Shown here: positions 9,046 through 17,142 of the stretch, piece after piece
Layout: each line of letters starts with the position of its first letter
Numbering within the stretch: position 1 is the stretch's first letter
NCBI RefSeq assembly: GCF_008065095.1
Contig: NZ_CP042911.1
Coordinates: 8,967,202-8,999,201 of the forward strand
DNA: 32,000 bases
Source: Gemmata obscuriglobus
Lineage (GTDB): Bacteria > Planctomycetota > Planctomycetia > Gemmatales > Gemmataceae
Direction of reading: 5' to 3'
The notes under the pieces: generated by a model
What the model was told of the DNA's origin: nothing
What the model saw: only the letters and a program-made list of their open reading frames with translations
The model's database searches: none
Translations under genes and position numbers: made by a program

Positions 9046-9091
9046 GTCGCGACCGCGCCCGGCACCGGAGCCCGCTCGGCACGGTCGCGAC
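9046..9091 (+). terminator. hairpin immediately after the heme-protein stop codon
   Basis: gtcgcgaccg at 9046-9055 pairs with cggtcgcgac at 9082-9091, a 10-bp perfect stem. The 26-nt loop is large and there is no T-tract. Confidence 0.3.
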
Positions 9092-9370
9092 GACTGCAAC
9101 GAAACAATCGCGCCGGGCCTCATCCTCCAGCCCGGACATCGGCCGGTGCTGCGCCATTCGGCACGGAACGTGTGTGTAAAGTTGATGAGAAATCCCGGTA
9201 TGAACCGGTAGAGAGAGACACCTGGGCGCTTCGATAATATCAAAGCCTGCGAAACGCCCTTTGTCCGCCCCTTTCTTGCTTTCGCCCCGCCCAATTGCGC
9301 CCATCTGTGCTGCGTTCCGACCCCTTCTCAGAGGGTGCGGCTCCATCTCTGTTTTCTCGTAGGAGTTCTT

Positions 9371-10297
9371 ATGCCCTCTCCGGTTCACGCTCCATTCCGT
9401 CGCCGCGCGTTCACACTGATTGAACTACTGGTCGTGATTGCAATTATCGCGATCCTGATCGGACTACTGCTGCCCGCAGTTCAGAAAGTGCGGGCCGCCG
9501 CCGCGCGGATGCAATCGGCCAACAACCTGAAGCAGATCAGCCTCGCGTGCCACAGTTACCACGACGCCAACTCCAAACTGCCCCCGCTGTCGGCCGCCCT
9601 CCCGCCTCCCACCGGTTCGAGCGGCGGACAGGTGTCCGTCTTCTTCTTCCTGCTCCCGTACATCGAGCAGGATAACGTGTACCGGCTGGGTGTGGCCAAC
9701 GGCGGGGCCTGGGAAGGCGGGGCCGCTTCGGCCGGGTCGAAGAAGATCAAGACCTATCTGTCGCCGCGCGACCCCTCGAACCCGCCGGACACCTGGGTGG
9801 AGAGCAACGGCGGCACCTGGGCGCACAACAACTACGCGGCGAACCACGCCCTCTTCGGCGTCCCGGGCGGCGGCAACACGATCTCGAACCTCACCCTTCA
9901 GGGCATCGGCGACGGCACCTCGAACACGGTGGGTTTCGGCGAGCAGTACGCGGTGTGTGGCACCGGCGAAACGGACACCACGTCCGGCTCGCAGTACTAC
10001 CACAAGCTGTGGGCGTACTACATCCCGTGGCGGTGGGAGCGCGGGCCGTACTTCGACACCCGCATCATGAGCAACGACACCATCACCCCGAACGAAGCCT
10101 CCACCGCCGCGACCCCGCAGCTCACGCCGACGGTGCAGAACTGCAACCCGTACCTGCTCCAGGCGATGGACGCGGGCGGGTGCCAGGTCGGGATGATGGA
10201 CGGGAGCGTGCGGCAGGTGAACTCGGGCGTCTCGGGTGCGACGTGGGTTCGCGCGATCTGGCCGCAGGACGGTCTCGTCCTCGGTAGCGACTGGTAA
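9371..10297 (+). CDS. DUF1559 domain protein with prepilin-type N-terminal cleavage/methylation motif
   Basis: ATG at 9371 with AGGAG at 9361-9365. The N-terminus [55 protein letters not shown] is the canonical planctomycete DUF1559 pseudopilin-like leader. It ends with MDGSVRQV. Confidence 0.9.
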   Translation: MPSPVHAPFRRRAFTLIELLVVIAIIAILIGLLLPAVQKVRAAAARMQSANNLKQISLACHSYHDANSKLPPLSAALPPPTGSSGGQVSVFFFLLPYIEQDNVYRLGVANGGAWEGGAASAGSKKIKTYLSPRDPSNPPDTWVESNGGTWAHNNYAANHALFGVPGGGNTISNLTLQGIGDGTSNTVGFGEQYAVCGTGETDTTSGSQYYHKLWAYYIPWRWERGPYFDTRIMSNDTITPNEASTAATPQLTPTVQNCNPYLLQAMDAGGCQVGMMDGSVRQVNSGVSGATWVRAIWPQDGLVLGSDW

Positions 10298-10383
10298 GTT
10301 ACGCCCCACGAATTTTCCACAACTGCCGGGGGCGTGTGAACGCCCCCGGCGGCTTTTCCCTTCTCCCAGGAGTTCAAGAACCG

Positions 10384-10782
10384 ATGAATGCCATTTCCCG
10401 CGCACTCGCCCTCGGAGCGCTGGCCTGCCTCGTTGTAACGGGTTGCTCGAAAGGCGAGATCAAAAAGCAGACGATCGAAGGGACGATAACGTACAAAGGC
10501 GCGCCGCTCCAGTCGGGCATCCTGCGCTTCGTCGGTGCCGGCGGCGCGTTCGCAACGGCCCCGATCCACTCCGACGGCACGTTCACAATCACCGACGTGG
10601 TCCCCGGCGAAATTCAGGTGGGGATCATGGAAGGGCCGCGGTCGTCGTCCTCGTCGGACGGAAAGGGCGCAGCGGCACCGAAAACGGCCCCGCTCCCTGC
10701 GAAGTACAAAGACCCGGAACACTCGGGCCTCAAGTACACCATCGACGAGAACACCAAGAAGCTCAACATCGAACTCAAGTGA
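10384..10782 (+). CDS. small lipoprotein (carboxypeptidase-regulatory-like beta-sandwich), typical DUF1559 neighbour
   Basis: ATG at 10384 with AGGAG at 10369-10373. Lipobox LACLVVTGC. GTITYKGAPLQSGILRFVG...SDGTFTITDVVPGEIQVGI looks like a beta-sandwich. Confidence 0.7.
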   Translation: MNAISRALALGALACLVVTGCSKGEIKKQTIEGTITYKGAPLQSGILRFVGAGGAFATAPIHSDGTFTITDVVPGEIQVGIMEGPRSSSSSDGKGAAAPKTAPLPAKYKDPEHSGLKYTIDENTKKLNIELK

Positions 10783-12124
10783 CCGTGTGTGCCGCTCCCG
10801 CCGGGCGCGGCGCCTTCCACAGTACCAAAAGGGCAACCAGCCCGATGACCGGCGCCAGACCCGCGATGGCGAGCCCCACGTCGTAGCTCTTCGTCGCCTG
10901 GATCTGAGCGCCGATCAAAATCTGGAACACGCTCGACACCACCCACCCGCCGGCCGCCAGCGCGCCGGACAGCACACCCATGTGCCGGTGGGGCAGTTCC
11001 TGGCTCAGCGCGTAATACAACGGGTGCAAACCCAAGATGCCGGCTCCGGCGACCATCAACCCCGTCAGCATGAGCGCACCCGACCCTACAAAAGGCACGA
11101 GCGCGGCGACAGCGGTTAACCCCGCGTAACCGGCGAACGCGATGACACGCGCCGCGCGCACACTTCGTCCGCCGCGCACCAAGACCATCACCACAAACCC
11201 CACGAGCAGGCAACCGATCTCAGCGGACACAAAGTAGCCAGTCGTCGCGAGCCGCGCGTCGAGTCGGCTGTACTCGTGAAAGTCGAGGAGCAGCGTGAGC
11301 CAGGCGCGGAGGAACTGCCAGCTCACCGTGATCGTGCAAACAATCAGCCCGAGCACGAAGGCCCGGCGAAATACCCCGGTACGATCGGCCGGCTCTGTGG
11401 CCACGGCGCCGCCCCTGTCAGGTGGTTCGACAGAAACGGTCAGGCTCCCCCGCGGCACGAGCAACAGCCACAGCGGCACCCACAGCAACCCCACAACGCC
11501 GATCGACCAAAACGTGACCTGCCAGTTCCCGCCGACCCGCTCGATCAGTTCGGCATAGAGCGGGATGCAGATCGACGCGACGGCCCCGCCGCTCTGGAGG
11601 ATGCCGTTCCCAAGGGTGCGGTCCTTGCGCGACAGCACCTGTCGCGCGGTGATGAGTGCGCAGGGCCAGTGCCCCGCCTCGAACACGCCCAGCACCGTGC
11701 GCCAAAACAGCAGCCAGCGGAACACACCGGTTCCGGGGTCGTCGCCCGCCCCTTCGAGCCACGACACCGCACGCGGGTCACCGGCAAACGCCGTCGCGAC
11801 CCCGGCGAGGGACCACCCGGTGAGCACCACCGGGTACAGTCCGCGCGGGCCGACACGGTCGGCGAGCAACCCGAACACGATCGACCCGGCCGCGAACGCG
11901 AACCCGAAGCACCCCTCGATCAGCCCGATCCGCTTTTCCTGGAGGTTGTACGCGCGCTTCAGTTCGGGCAGTGTGACCGCCAGAGCCTGCCGGTCCATGT
12001 AGTTCAGGAAGGTGGCGAGCAGAAGCACCCCACACACCCACCAGCGCCAGGAAGAACGAGGGGCGAGAGGCGAGGAATCAACAGCGCTCACGTGATGCAC
12101 CCGTTGGCCGTAAACGAAACACAA
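10775..12124 (-). CDS. MFS transporter (ACS/hexuronate-like family)
   Basis: Multi-TM ORF with the N-terminal motif LLATFLNYMDRQALAV. The start is uncertain: the track start at 12124 is a TTG, and in-frame GTG codons lie a few codons downstream. The 3' end overlaps the convergent lipoprotein gene by 8 nt. Confidence 0.8.
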   Translation of the reverse strand: MCFVYGQRVHHVSAVDSSPLAPRSSWRWWVCGVLLLATFLNYMDRQALAVTLPELKRAYNLQEKRIGLIEGCFGFAFAAGSIVFGLLADRVGPRGLYPVVLTGWSLAGVATAFAGDPRAVSWLEGAGDDPGTGVFRWLLFWRTVLGVFEAGHWPCALITARQVLSRKDRTLGNGILQSGGAVASICIPLYAELIERVGGNWQVTFWSIGVVGLLWVPLWLLLVPRGSLTVSVEPPDRGGAVATEPADRTGVFRRAFVLGLIVCTITVSWQFLRAWLTLLLDFHEYSRLDARLATTGYFVSAEIGCLLVGFVVMVLVRGGRSVRAARVIAFAGYAGLTAVAALVPFVGSGALMLTGLMVAGAGILGLHPLYYALSQELPHRHMGVLSGALAAGGWVVSSVFQILIGAQIQATKSYDVGLAIAGLAPVIGLVALLVLWKAPRPAGAAHTVT

Positions 12125-12259
12125 CCCATACCCGTCCGTGCCTCATCCAAATCCGGCTAAAGAATAACGGCCTCGGGAGGGTGTCAGCCGGCGGGTGGCG
12201 CTCCCGACCACCGGTACTCTTCAATCGGACTTGGTATCACTCCTCGTTCTGCGCTGCCC

Positions 12260-13021
12260 TTAGCTGTCCCAGCTCCCGTCCCAGTTCACAACCCGCTCCA
12301 GATAGGCGACGACTCCGGCCGCGAAATGCGCGAACAACGCTTCGCCTTTTTCGGCGGTCGCAGCACTCGGCGCACCGACGTGCCCCGGCTCGCTGCGGTC
12401 CGGCATCACCCAGGCACGATAACCGGGGGCAAACTCGCGGCCGTGCGGCACCTCCGGCACGGCGGCCACGTCGCCGATCACCAGTTCGGGCCGCAGTCGC
12501 AGCACCATCGACGTTTCCCATTCGCACGCGTGCCCCATCCGCGCCTGCACCAGCCCGGGAATGGTGTCTGCCGGGTTACCGGCCGCGTCCCAGTAGGTCA
12601 GCGCGAGCAAAAGCAAATCGCGACGGTCGCGGTACTGCTGTTTCAGTTCAAAGAGCGCTTGCTGGTAGGGAGTAACGTTCCCGCCGTGCCCGTTCACGAA
12701 CGCGATCCGCGTGAACCCGTGCCGGATGAAGCACTCGGCGAGGTCTTTCAGGAGGTCGAGGTACACGCGCGGCGACGCGGACAGCGTGCCCGGGAAGTCG
12801 AGGTGGTGGTGGGAGTTTCCGAGCCACTGGAGCGGCGCGAACAGGCACTTCGTTGCTACCGGCGCGAGCTTCGTGCGGCGAACCACTTCGCCCAGCAGCA
12901 TCGAGTCAGTGAACACGGGCATGTGTTTCCCGTGCTGTTCGAGGGCGGCGATCGGCAAGATGATGGGTGTAGTCTTCGGCAGCGCCGCAACTGCGGGCCA
13001 CGTGAGATCGGCGAGGTCCAT
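12260..13021 (-). CDS. creatininase-family amidohydrolase
   Basis: ATG at 13021 (MDLADLTWPAV). Motifs LPIAALEQHGKHMPVFTD, IAFVNGHGGN and HACEWETS match the creatinine amidohydrolase/MftE-like family. The upstream 43 codons of the track ORF overlap the hicB-like promoter region and were discarded. Confidence 0.85.
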   Translation of the reverse strand: MDLADLTWPAVAALPKTTPIILPIAALEQHGKHMPVFTDSMLLGEVVRRTKLAPVATKCLFAPLQWLGNSHHHLDFPGTLSASPRVYLDLLKDLAECFIRHGFTRIAFVNGHGGNVTPYQQALFELKQQYRDRRDLLLLALTYWDAAGNPADTIPGLVQARMGHACEWETSMVLRLRPELVIGDVAAVPEVPHGREFAPGYRAWVMPDRSEPGHVGAPSAATAEKGEALFAHFAAGVVAYLERVVNWDGSWDS

Positions 13022-13127
13022 TCGAGGCGTTCCGGCAGAGTGCGAAGGCGGGATGCCGCTAGTGTACCCAGAGGGAGGGTTGTGTCGCGCGCGAAATGCG
13101 TGTATCACTTCGAAAGGAGGACACAGG

Positions 13128-13343
13128 ATGCCAAAGAAATACATCGTCACCGACGGCGAGTTGGTGCTCGAACTCGAAGCCGCTGAAGAAGGCGGATATA
13201 CGGTAACCGCACCCTACATTAAGGGACTCGTGACCGAAGCGGACACGCTGGAAGAAGCCTTTGAAATGGCGAAAGATGCCATGACGGCGCTAGCAGAATC
13301 ACGCGAGAACTCGCGTGTCGCCAAGTCAATTGTTATAAAATAA
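13128..13343 (+). CDS. HicB-like antitoxin domain protein (71 aa)
   Basis: ATG at 13128 with a strong AAGGAGG at 13112-13118. LELEAAEEGGYTVTAPYIKGLVTEADTLEEAFEMAKDAMTAL matches the HicB N-terminal (HicB_lk_antitox/UPF0150) pattern. No DNA-binding extension is present. Confidence 0.65.
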   Translation: MPKKYIVTDGELVLELEAAEEGGYTVTAPYIKGLVTEADTLEEAFEMAKDAMTALAESRENSRVAKSIVIK

Positions 13344-13403
13344 GCGGGAAGTGTTTGTGACGACTTGGGCGTATCGCGTCCTGATAACCTGTGACCGCTC
13401 GTC

Positions 13404-13853
13404 TCAAGCCCGTTCTGCAGCCGCGCGGCGGGCGAACGATTTCAAGTAGCCGATCTGTTCGTCGCTGATCGCCTCCACCGGGATCGTGAGTACGGCCCCT
13501 TCAAGGTGAAGAACGGTCCACACCCCTTCGGACTTGTACACCTGAAAAATCCCACCGAGTGCGAGCTTCCGGCGTTCACCGAACGCGGTCACTTCCAGCG
13601 TCGATTCGTCAACAACCAGCTCGACCGGCGGCCCAGCACAGAACGCGATCTCATAGGCGAACCGAAACAACCCGGGGTAAGCGAGCAACGGCCCGGCGAG
13701 TAACAGCAGAAACCACACCGACACGGTGTTCGCCAGGTACACGGCACCGACACCGAACCCAACCGTCGCGGCCGCCGCCGGGAGCCAGGGCATCAGCTCG
13801 ACCCCGAGCCGCTGCCGACGCGATAGCGTGAACGTGAGGTGAAACGGTTGCAC
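13404..13853 (-). CDS. hypothetical membrane protein (two N-terminal TM helices plus a soluble C-terminal domain, YcxB-like topology)
   Basis: GTG at 13853 with GGGAGGG 5 nt upstream. TM segments LPAAAATVGFGVGAVYLA and VWFLLLLAGPLLAY. The family assignment is tentative. Confidence 0.55.
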   Translation of the reverse strand: MQPFHLTFTLSRRQRLGVELMPWLPAAAATVGFGVGAVYLANTVSVWFLLLLAGPLLAYPGLFRFAYEIAFCAGPPVELVVDESTLEVTAFGERRKLALGGIFQVYKSEGVWTVLHLEGAVLTIPVEAISDEQIGYLKSFARRAAAERA

Positions 13854-13869
13854 GCGACCCTCCCTGCGC

Positions 13870-14997
13870 TCACTTCTTGGCGGCGCGCTCGCGCGCGTAC
13901 TCGATCAACACTTTTTCGGCCGCCGCCACCGCCTTCTGAGCCTCATCCCCGCCCGCGTTAGTCACAACCAAAAAGGCGACGTTCTGTTTCGGCACCAGAC
14001 GCACCCGCGAGTACCAGAACGAGTTGCTCCCGTCGTGCGAGAGGTTCGCGTCCTTGTTAACGCCCCACCCGCCGGCGTACCGGAACCCCTCGGCCGGGGT
14101 GTGCAACTTGGCAAACGTCTCGGGCTTCAAGAACGTTCCTTTCCCCTGTGCGCCGCGGAGGTGAGCGGATGCGAACTTGGCCCAGTCCGGTAGCGACAGG
14201 TGAACCGTACCGGCCGGACCGATCACGGGAGCGTTGTCGAATTGCGTCGGCTCGAACCCGTCCTTCGCGGGCTTGTGGCCCCACGGCTGCTCCGTTGCAC
14301 CCTTCTTGCCCGGCGAGCCAAAACCTGCACTCGCGAGCTTCAACGGCTTGAACAGCCGCTCGCGCATCAGCTCTTCCCACGGGGCGTCGGCAACCGCCTC
14401 GGCCATCGCGCCCGCGACCACGTACGACGCGTTCGAGTACACGAACTTGGTCCCGGGCTTGTCGGCCGGCGCGTTCTTCAGGATCACCGGCAGCAGCGCG
14501 GCCCGCTGATCGCGCACCGGTTTGTCCCGATCGGTCCCCCACCAGAGCACGTTCGGCACCACCCCGCCCTCGTGGGCGAGCAGTTGCGAGACCGTAACGC
14601 CCAGGTAGTCGTCGTGAATTTTGCCCTTGAGGTCGGGCAGCACTTCACCGACCGTGGACGACCAGCTCAACTTTTTCTGCTCGATCAGGACCGCGAGCAA
14701 AGTCGCAGTCATGGCCTTGGTGTCCGACCCGATGTGAACGCGGTCGGCGGCGGTAACCGAGTCGTCGGCACCGACCTTACGAACCCCGACCGCGGCGACG
14801 GCAACGAGCGCCTCGCCTTCCACGAGCCCGGCCCAGAGGGCCGGCACCTTGTGCGCGTCCCGGACCGCCGCGATCTGTCGTGTGAGCGTGGGGTCGGGCT
14901 TCGCTTCGTCGGCGCGAAGCCCGGTCGGGAAGGTGCCGAGCAGAAGTGTGAGCGAAACGAGAACAGCGGCGGCAAATGCGGGCCGGCGGCACAGCAT
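13870..14997 (-). CDS. serine hydrolase / class C beta-lactamase-related protein, secreted
   Basis: ATG at 14997 gives the signal peptide MLCRRPAFAAAVLVSLTLLLG; the track start at 15060 is a TTG. The S-x-x-K active-site motif lies in IGSDTKAMTATLLA, and YSN in FVYSNASY. Confidence 0.85.
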   Translation of the reverse strand: MLCRRPAFAAAVLVSLTLLLGTFPTGLRADEAKPDPTLTRQIAAVRDAHKVPALWAGLVEGEALVAVAAVGVRKVGADDSVTAADRVHIGSDTKAMTATLLAVLIEQKKLSWSSTVGEVLPDLKGKIHDDYLGVTVSQLLAHEGGVVPNVLWWGTDRDKPVRDQRAALLPVILKNAPADKPGTKFVYSNASYVVAGAMAEAVADAPWEELMRERLFKPLKLASAGFGSPGKKGATEQPWGHKPAKDGFEPTQFDNAPVIGPAGTVHLSLPDWAKFASAHLRGAQGKGTFLKPETFAKLHTPAEGFRYAGGWGVNKDANLSHDGSNSFWYSRVRLVPKQNVAFLVVTNAGGDEAQKAVAAAEKVLIEYARERAAKK

Positions 14998-15076
14998 GGC
15001 GAACCCCGGGCGTTCGGAGGACCTTCCCGGCCACAATACGCCGCAACGGTCCCGGGGCAAGCACCGGCAACAGCCG

Positions 15077-17014
15077 CTACGCGCTGGGCTCTTCGAGATA
15101 GGTGTAGCCCTCGAGCCCGTTCTCGTAGAAGCGCAGGAAATGCCGCGCCTCCGCCGCCGTGATCTTCCCGCGCTTCACGGCCTTCTCCACGTCCTTGCGC
15201 ATCCGGTCGGTGAGCTTCTCGGCGTTGTACTGGACGTAGTTCAGCACCTCCGTCACGGTGTCGCCCTTCACAACGGAGTCGATGCTCGGGGTGCCGTCCT
15301 CTTCCATCGACACGTGAACCGCGTGCGTGTCCCCGAGCAGGTTGTGGAGGTCGCCGAGGATCTCCTGGTACGCGCCCAGGAGGAACGCCCCCAGGTAGTA
15401 CGGCTCGTTGGCGTTGTGCGGGTGCAGTTCGAGCGTGTTGCGCACGTCGCGCAGGTCGATGAACTGGTCCACCTTGCCGTCGGAGTCGCAGGTGATGTCG
15501 CCCAGCACCCCGCGCCGGGTCGGCGGCTCAGTGAGCCGGTGGATCGGCATAATCGGGAAGAGCTGCTTGATGGCCCACGAGTCGGGCATGCTCTGGAACA
15601 CCGAAAAGTTGCAGAAGTAGGTGTCCGAGAGCATGTTGTCGAGGCCGTTCAGCTCCTCCGGGACGTAGTCCAGGTCGCGGACGATCCGCTGGAGCTTCCG
15701 CCCGAACGCCCAGAACAGCCGCTCCGCCAGCGCCCGCAGCTCGATGGTGAGGTGGCCCAGGTTGAAGAGCGACAGCGTCTTCTCCATCTGGTCCACGGCG
15801 TCGTGGTAGAACTCGATGAAGTTCTTCTTGTTCAGCTCCTTGTAGTTGCTGAACAGGTCGCGGATCGGTTCGGGGGCGTCGTCCGGGAGCGTGTCCGGGG
15901 CGGTACACTTGTCGAAGTCGCTGGTGCCGAGCACATCGAACACCAGCACCGAGTGGTACGCGACCAGCGCCCGGCCGCTCTCGGAGATGATCGCGGGGTG
16001 CGGCACCCCGGCCTCGTCGCACACCGACTTGATCCGGTACACCACGTCGTTCGCGTACTCCTGCAGCGTGTAGTTCATGCTGCTCTCGAACGCGGTCTGC
16101 GAGCCGTCGTAGTCGATGCCCAGCCCGCCGCCGACGTCGATGTACTTGAGCCCGGCGCCGAGCCGGCACAGTTCCACGTAGATGCGAGCCGCTTCGGACA
16201 GCGCGTCCTTCACCTTGCGGATGTCGGACACCTGCGAGCCCATGTGGAAGTGGGTCATCTGCAGGCAGTCGCCGAGGCCCTTGCTCTTGAGGAACTCGTA
16301 GGCTTCGAGCACCTCCGTCAGCGTGAGCCCGAACTTCGACCGGTACCCGGCCGAGCCGCGCCACCGGCCGCTGCCGCGCGACGCGAGCTTCACCCGCACG
16401 CCGATGGGCTGCCGGACGCCCAGCTCCTCCATGTACTTGACGATCAGTTCCAGTTCGGTGAACTTCTCGACAACGGGGATGATGTTCTTCCCGATCTTCC
16501 GGGACATCACCACCATCTTGATGAACTCGTCGTCCTTGAACCCGTTGCAGATGATCGGCGTGTCCACGCCGTTGGTCAGCGCGAGCACCGCGAGCAGTTC
16601 GGGCTTGCTGCCGGCTTCGAGGCCGAAGTTGTAGTCCTTCCCGAAGCTCAGCACCTCCTCGACCACGTGCCGCTGCTGGTTCACCTTGATCGGGTACACG
16701 CAGTGGTACTCGCCGGCGTAGCCGTACTCCTTGCGGGACCTCTCGAACGCGCCGGCGATCTCGCCGATCCGGTGCTGGAGGATGTCCGTGAACCGCAGCA
16801 GCAGGGGCGGCTCGATGCCGCGGGTGCGGATCTGGTCGACGAGGTCCTTGAGGTCGATCGCGCGGTCGGTGTTCTTGTCGGGGTGGACGGTGACGTGCCC
16901 CTGCTTGTTGATGCCGAAGTAGCCCTTACCCCAGTTCTTGACCCCGTAGGTCTCGAACGCGTCGTGGAGCTTCCAGGCCGGGTTCAGGTCGGACGAGTCG
17001 GGGCGCTTGGCCAT
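15077..17014 (-). CDS. speA: biosynthetic arginine decarboxylase
   Basis: 645-aa ORF whose N-terminus WKLHDAFETYGVKNWGKGYFGINKQGHVTVHP is typical of SpeA. It also shows CVYPIKVNQ (PLP lysine region), DVGGGLGIDY and GDITCDSDG. Confidence 0.95.
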   Translation of the reverse strand: MAKRPDSSDLNPAWKLHDAFETYGVKNWGKGYFGINKQGHVTVHPDKNTDRAIDLKDLVDQIRTRGIEPPLLLRFTDILQHRIGEIAGAFERSRKEYGYAGEYHCVYPIKVNQQRHVVEEVLSFGKDYNFGLEAGSKPELLAVLALTNGVDTPIICNGFKDDEFIKMVVMSRKIGKNIIPVVEKFTELELIVKYMEELGVRQPIGVRVKLASRGSGRWRGSAGYRSKFGLTLTEVLEAYEFLKSKGLGDCLQMTHFHMGSQVSDIRKVKDALSEAARIYVELCRLGAGLKYIDVGGGLGIDYDGSQTAFESSMNYTLQEYANDVVYRIKSVCDEAGVPHPAIISESGRALVAYHSVLVFDVLGTSDFDKCTAPDTLPDDAPEPIRDLFSNYKELNKKNFIEFYHDAVDQMEKTLSLFNLGHLTIELRALAERLFWAFGRKLQRIVRDLDYVPEELNGLDNMLSDTYFCNFSVFQSMPDSWAIKQLFPIMPIHRLTEPPTRRGVLGDITCDSDGKVDQFIDLRDVRNTLELHPHNANEPYYLGAFLLGAYQEILGDLHNLLGDTHAVHVSMEEDGTPSIDSVVKGDTVTEVLNYVQYNAEKLTDRMRKDVEKAVKRGKITAAEARHFLRFYENGLEGYTYLEEPSA

Positions 17015-17142
17015 CAGGGTGTGCCTTTCCCGCGGGAGCGGGCGAGTAAGTGGACGACAGCGCGACAGCGCGATTGTCCCATCTTACGTCGCGCGCCCCG
17101 GGGTGCAACGCCTCTTGAAACGGGACGGGCGAGGCGCCGCGC

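Noticed and set aside
9092-9370. The roughly 280-nt lower-GC intergenic stretch upstream of the DUF1559 gene, and ORFs 8804-9388 (-) and 8989-9294 (-), considered as a small gene or ncRNA.
   Set aside because: The ORF translations are low-complexity and overlap the heme-protein 3' end. I found no convincing conserved-looking secondary structure or known RNA motif, so this is most simply a promoter region.
13351-13449. 32-codon ORF (VFVTTWAYRVLITCDRSS...) just downstream of the HicB-like gene, considered as a possible HicA toxin.
   Set aside because: It is too short, has no HicA (YcfA) motifs and no SD, and overlaps the 3' end of the convergent membrane-protein gene.
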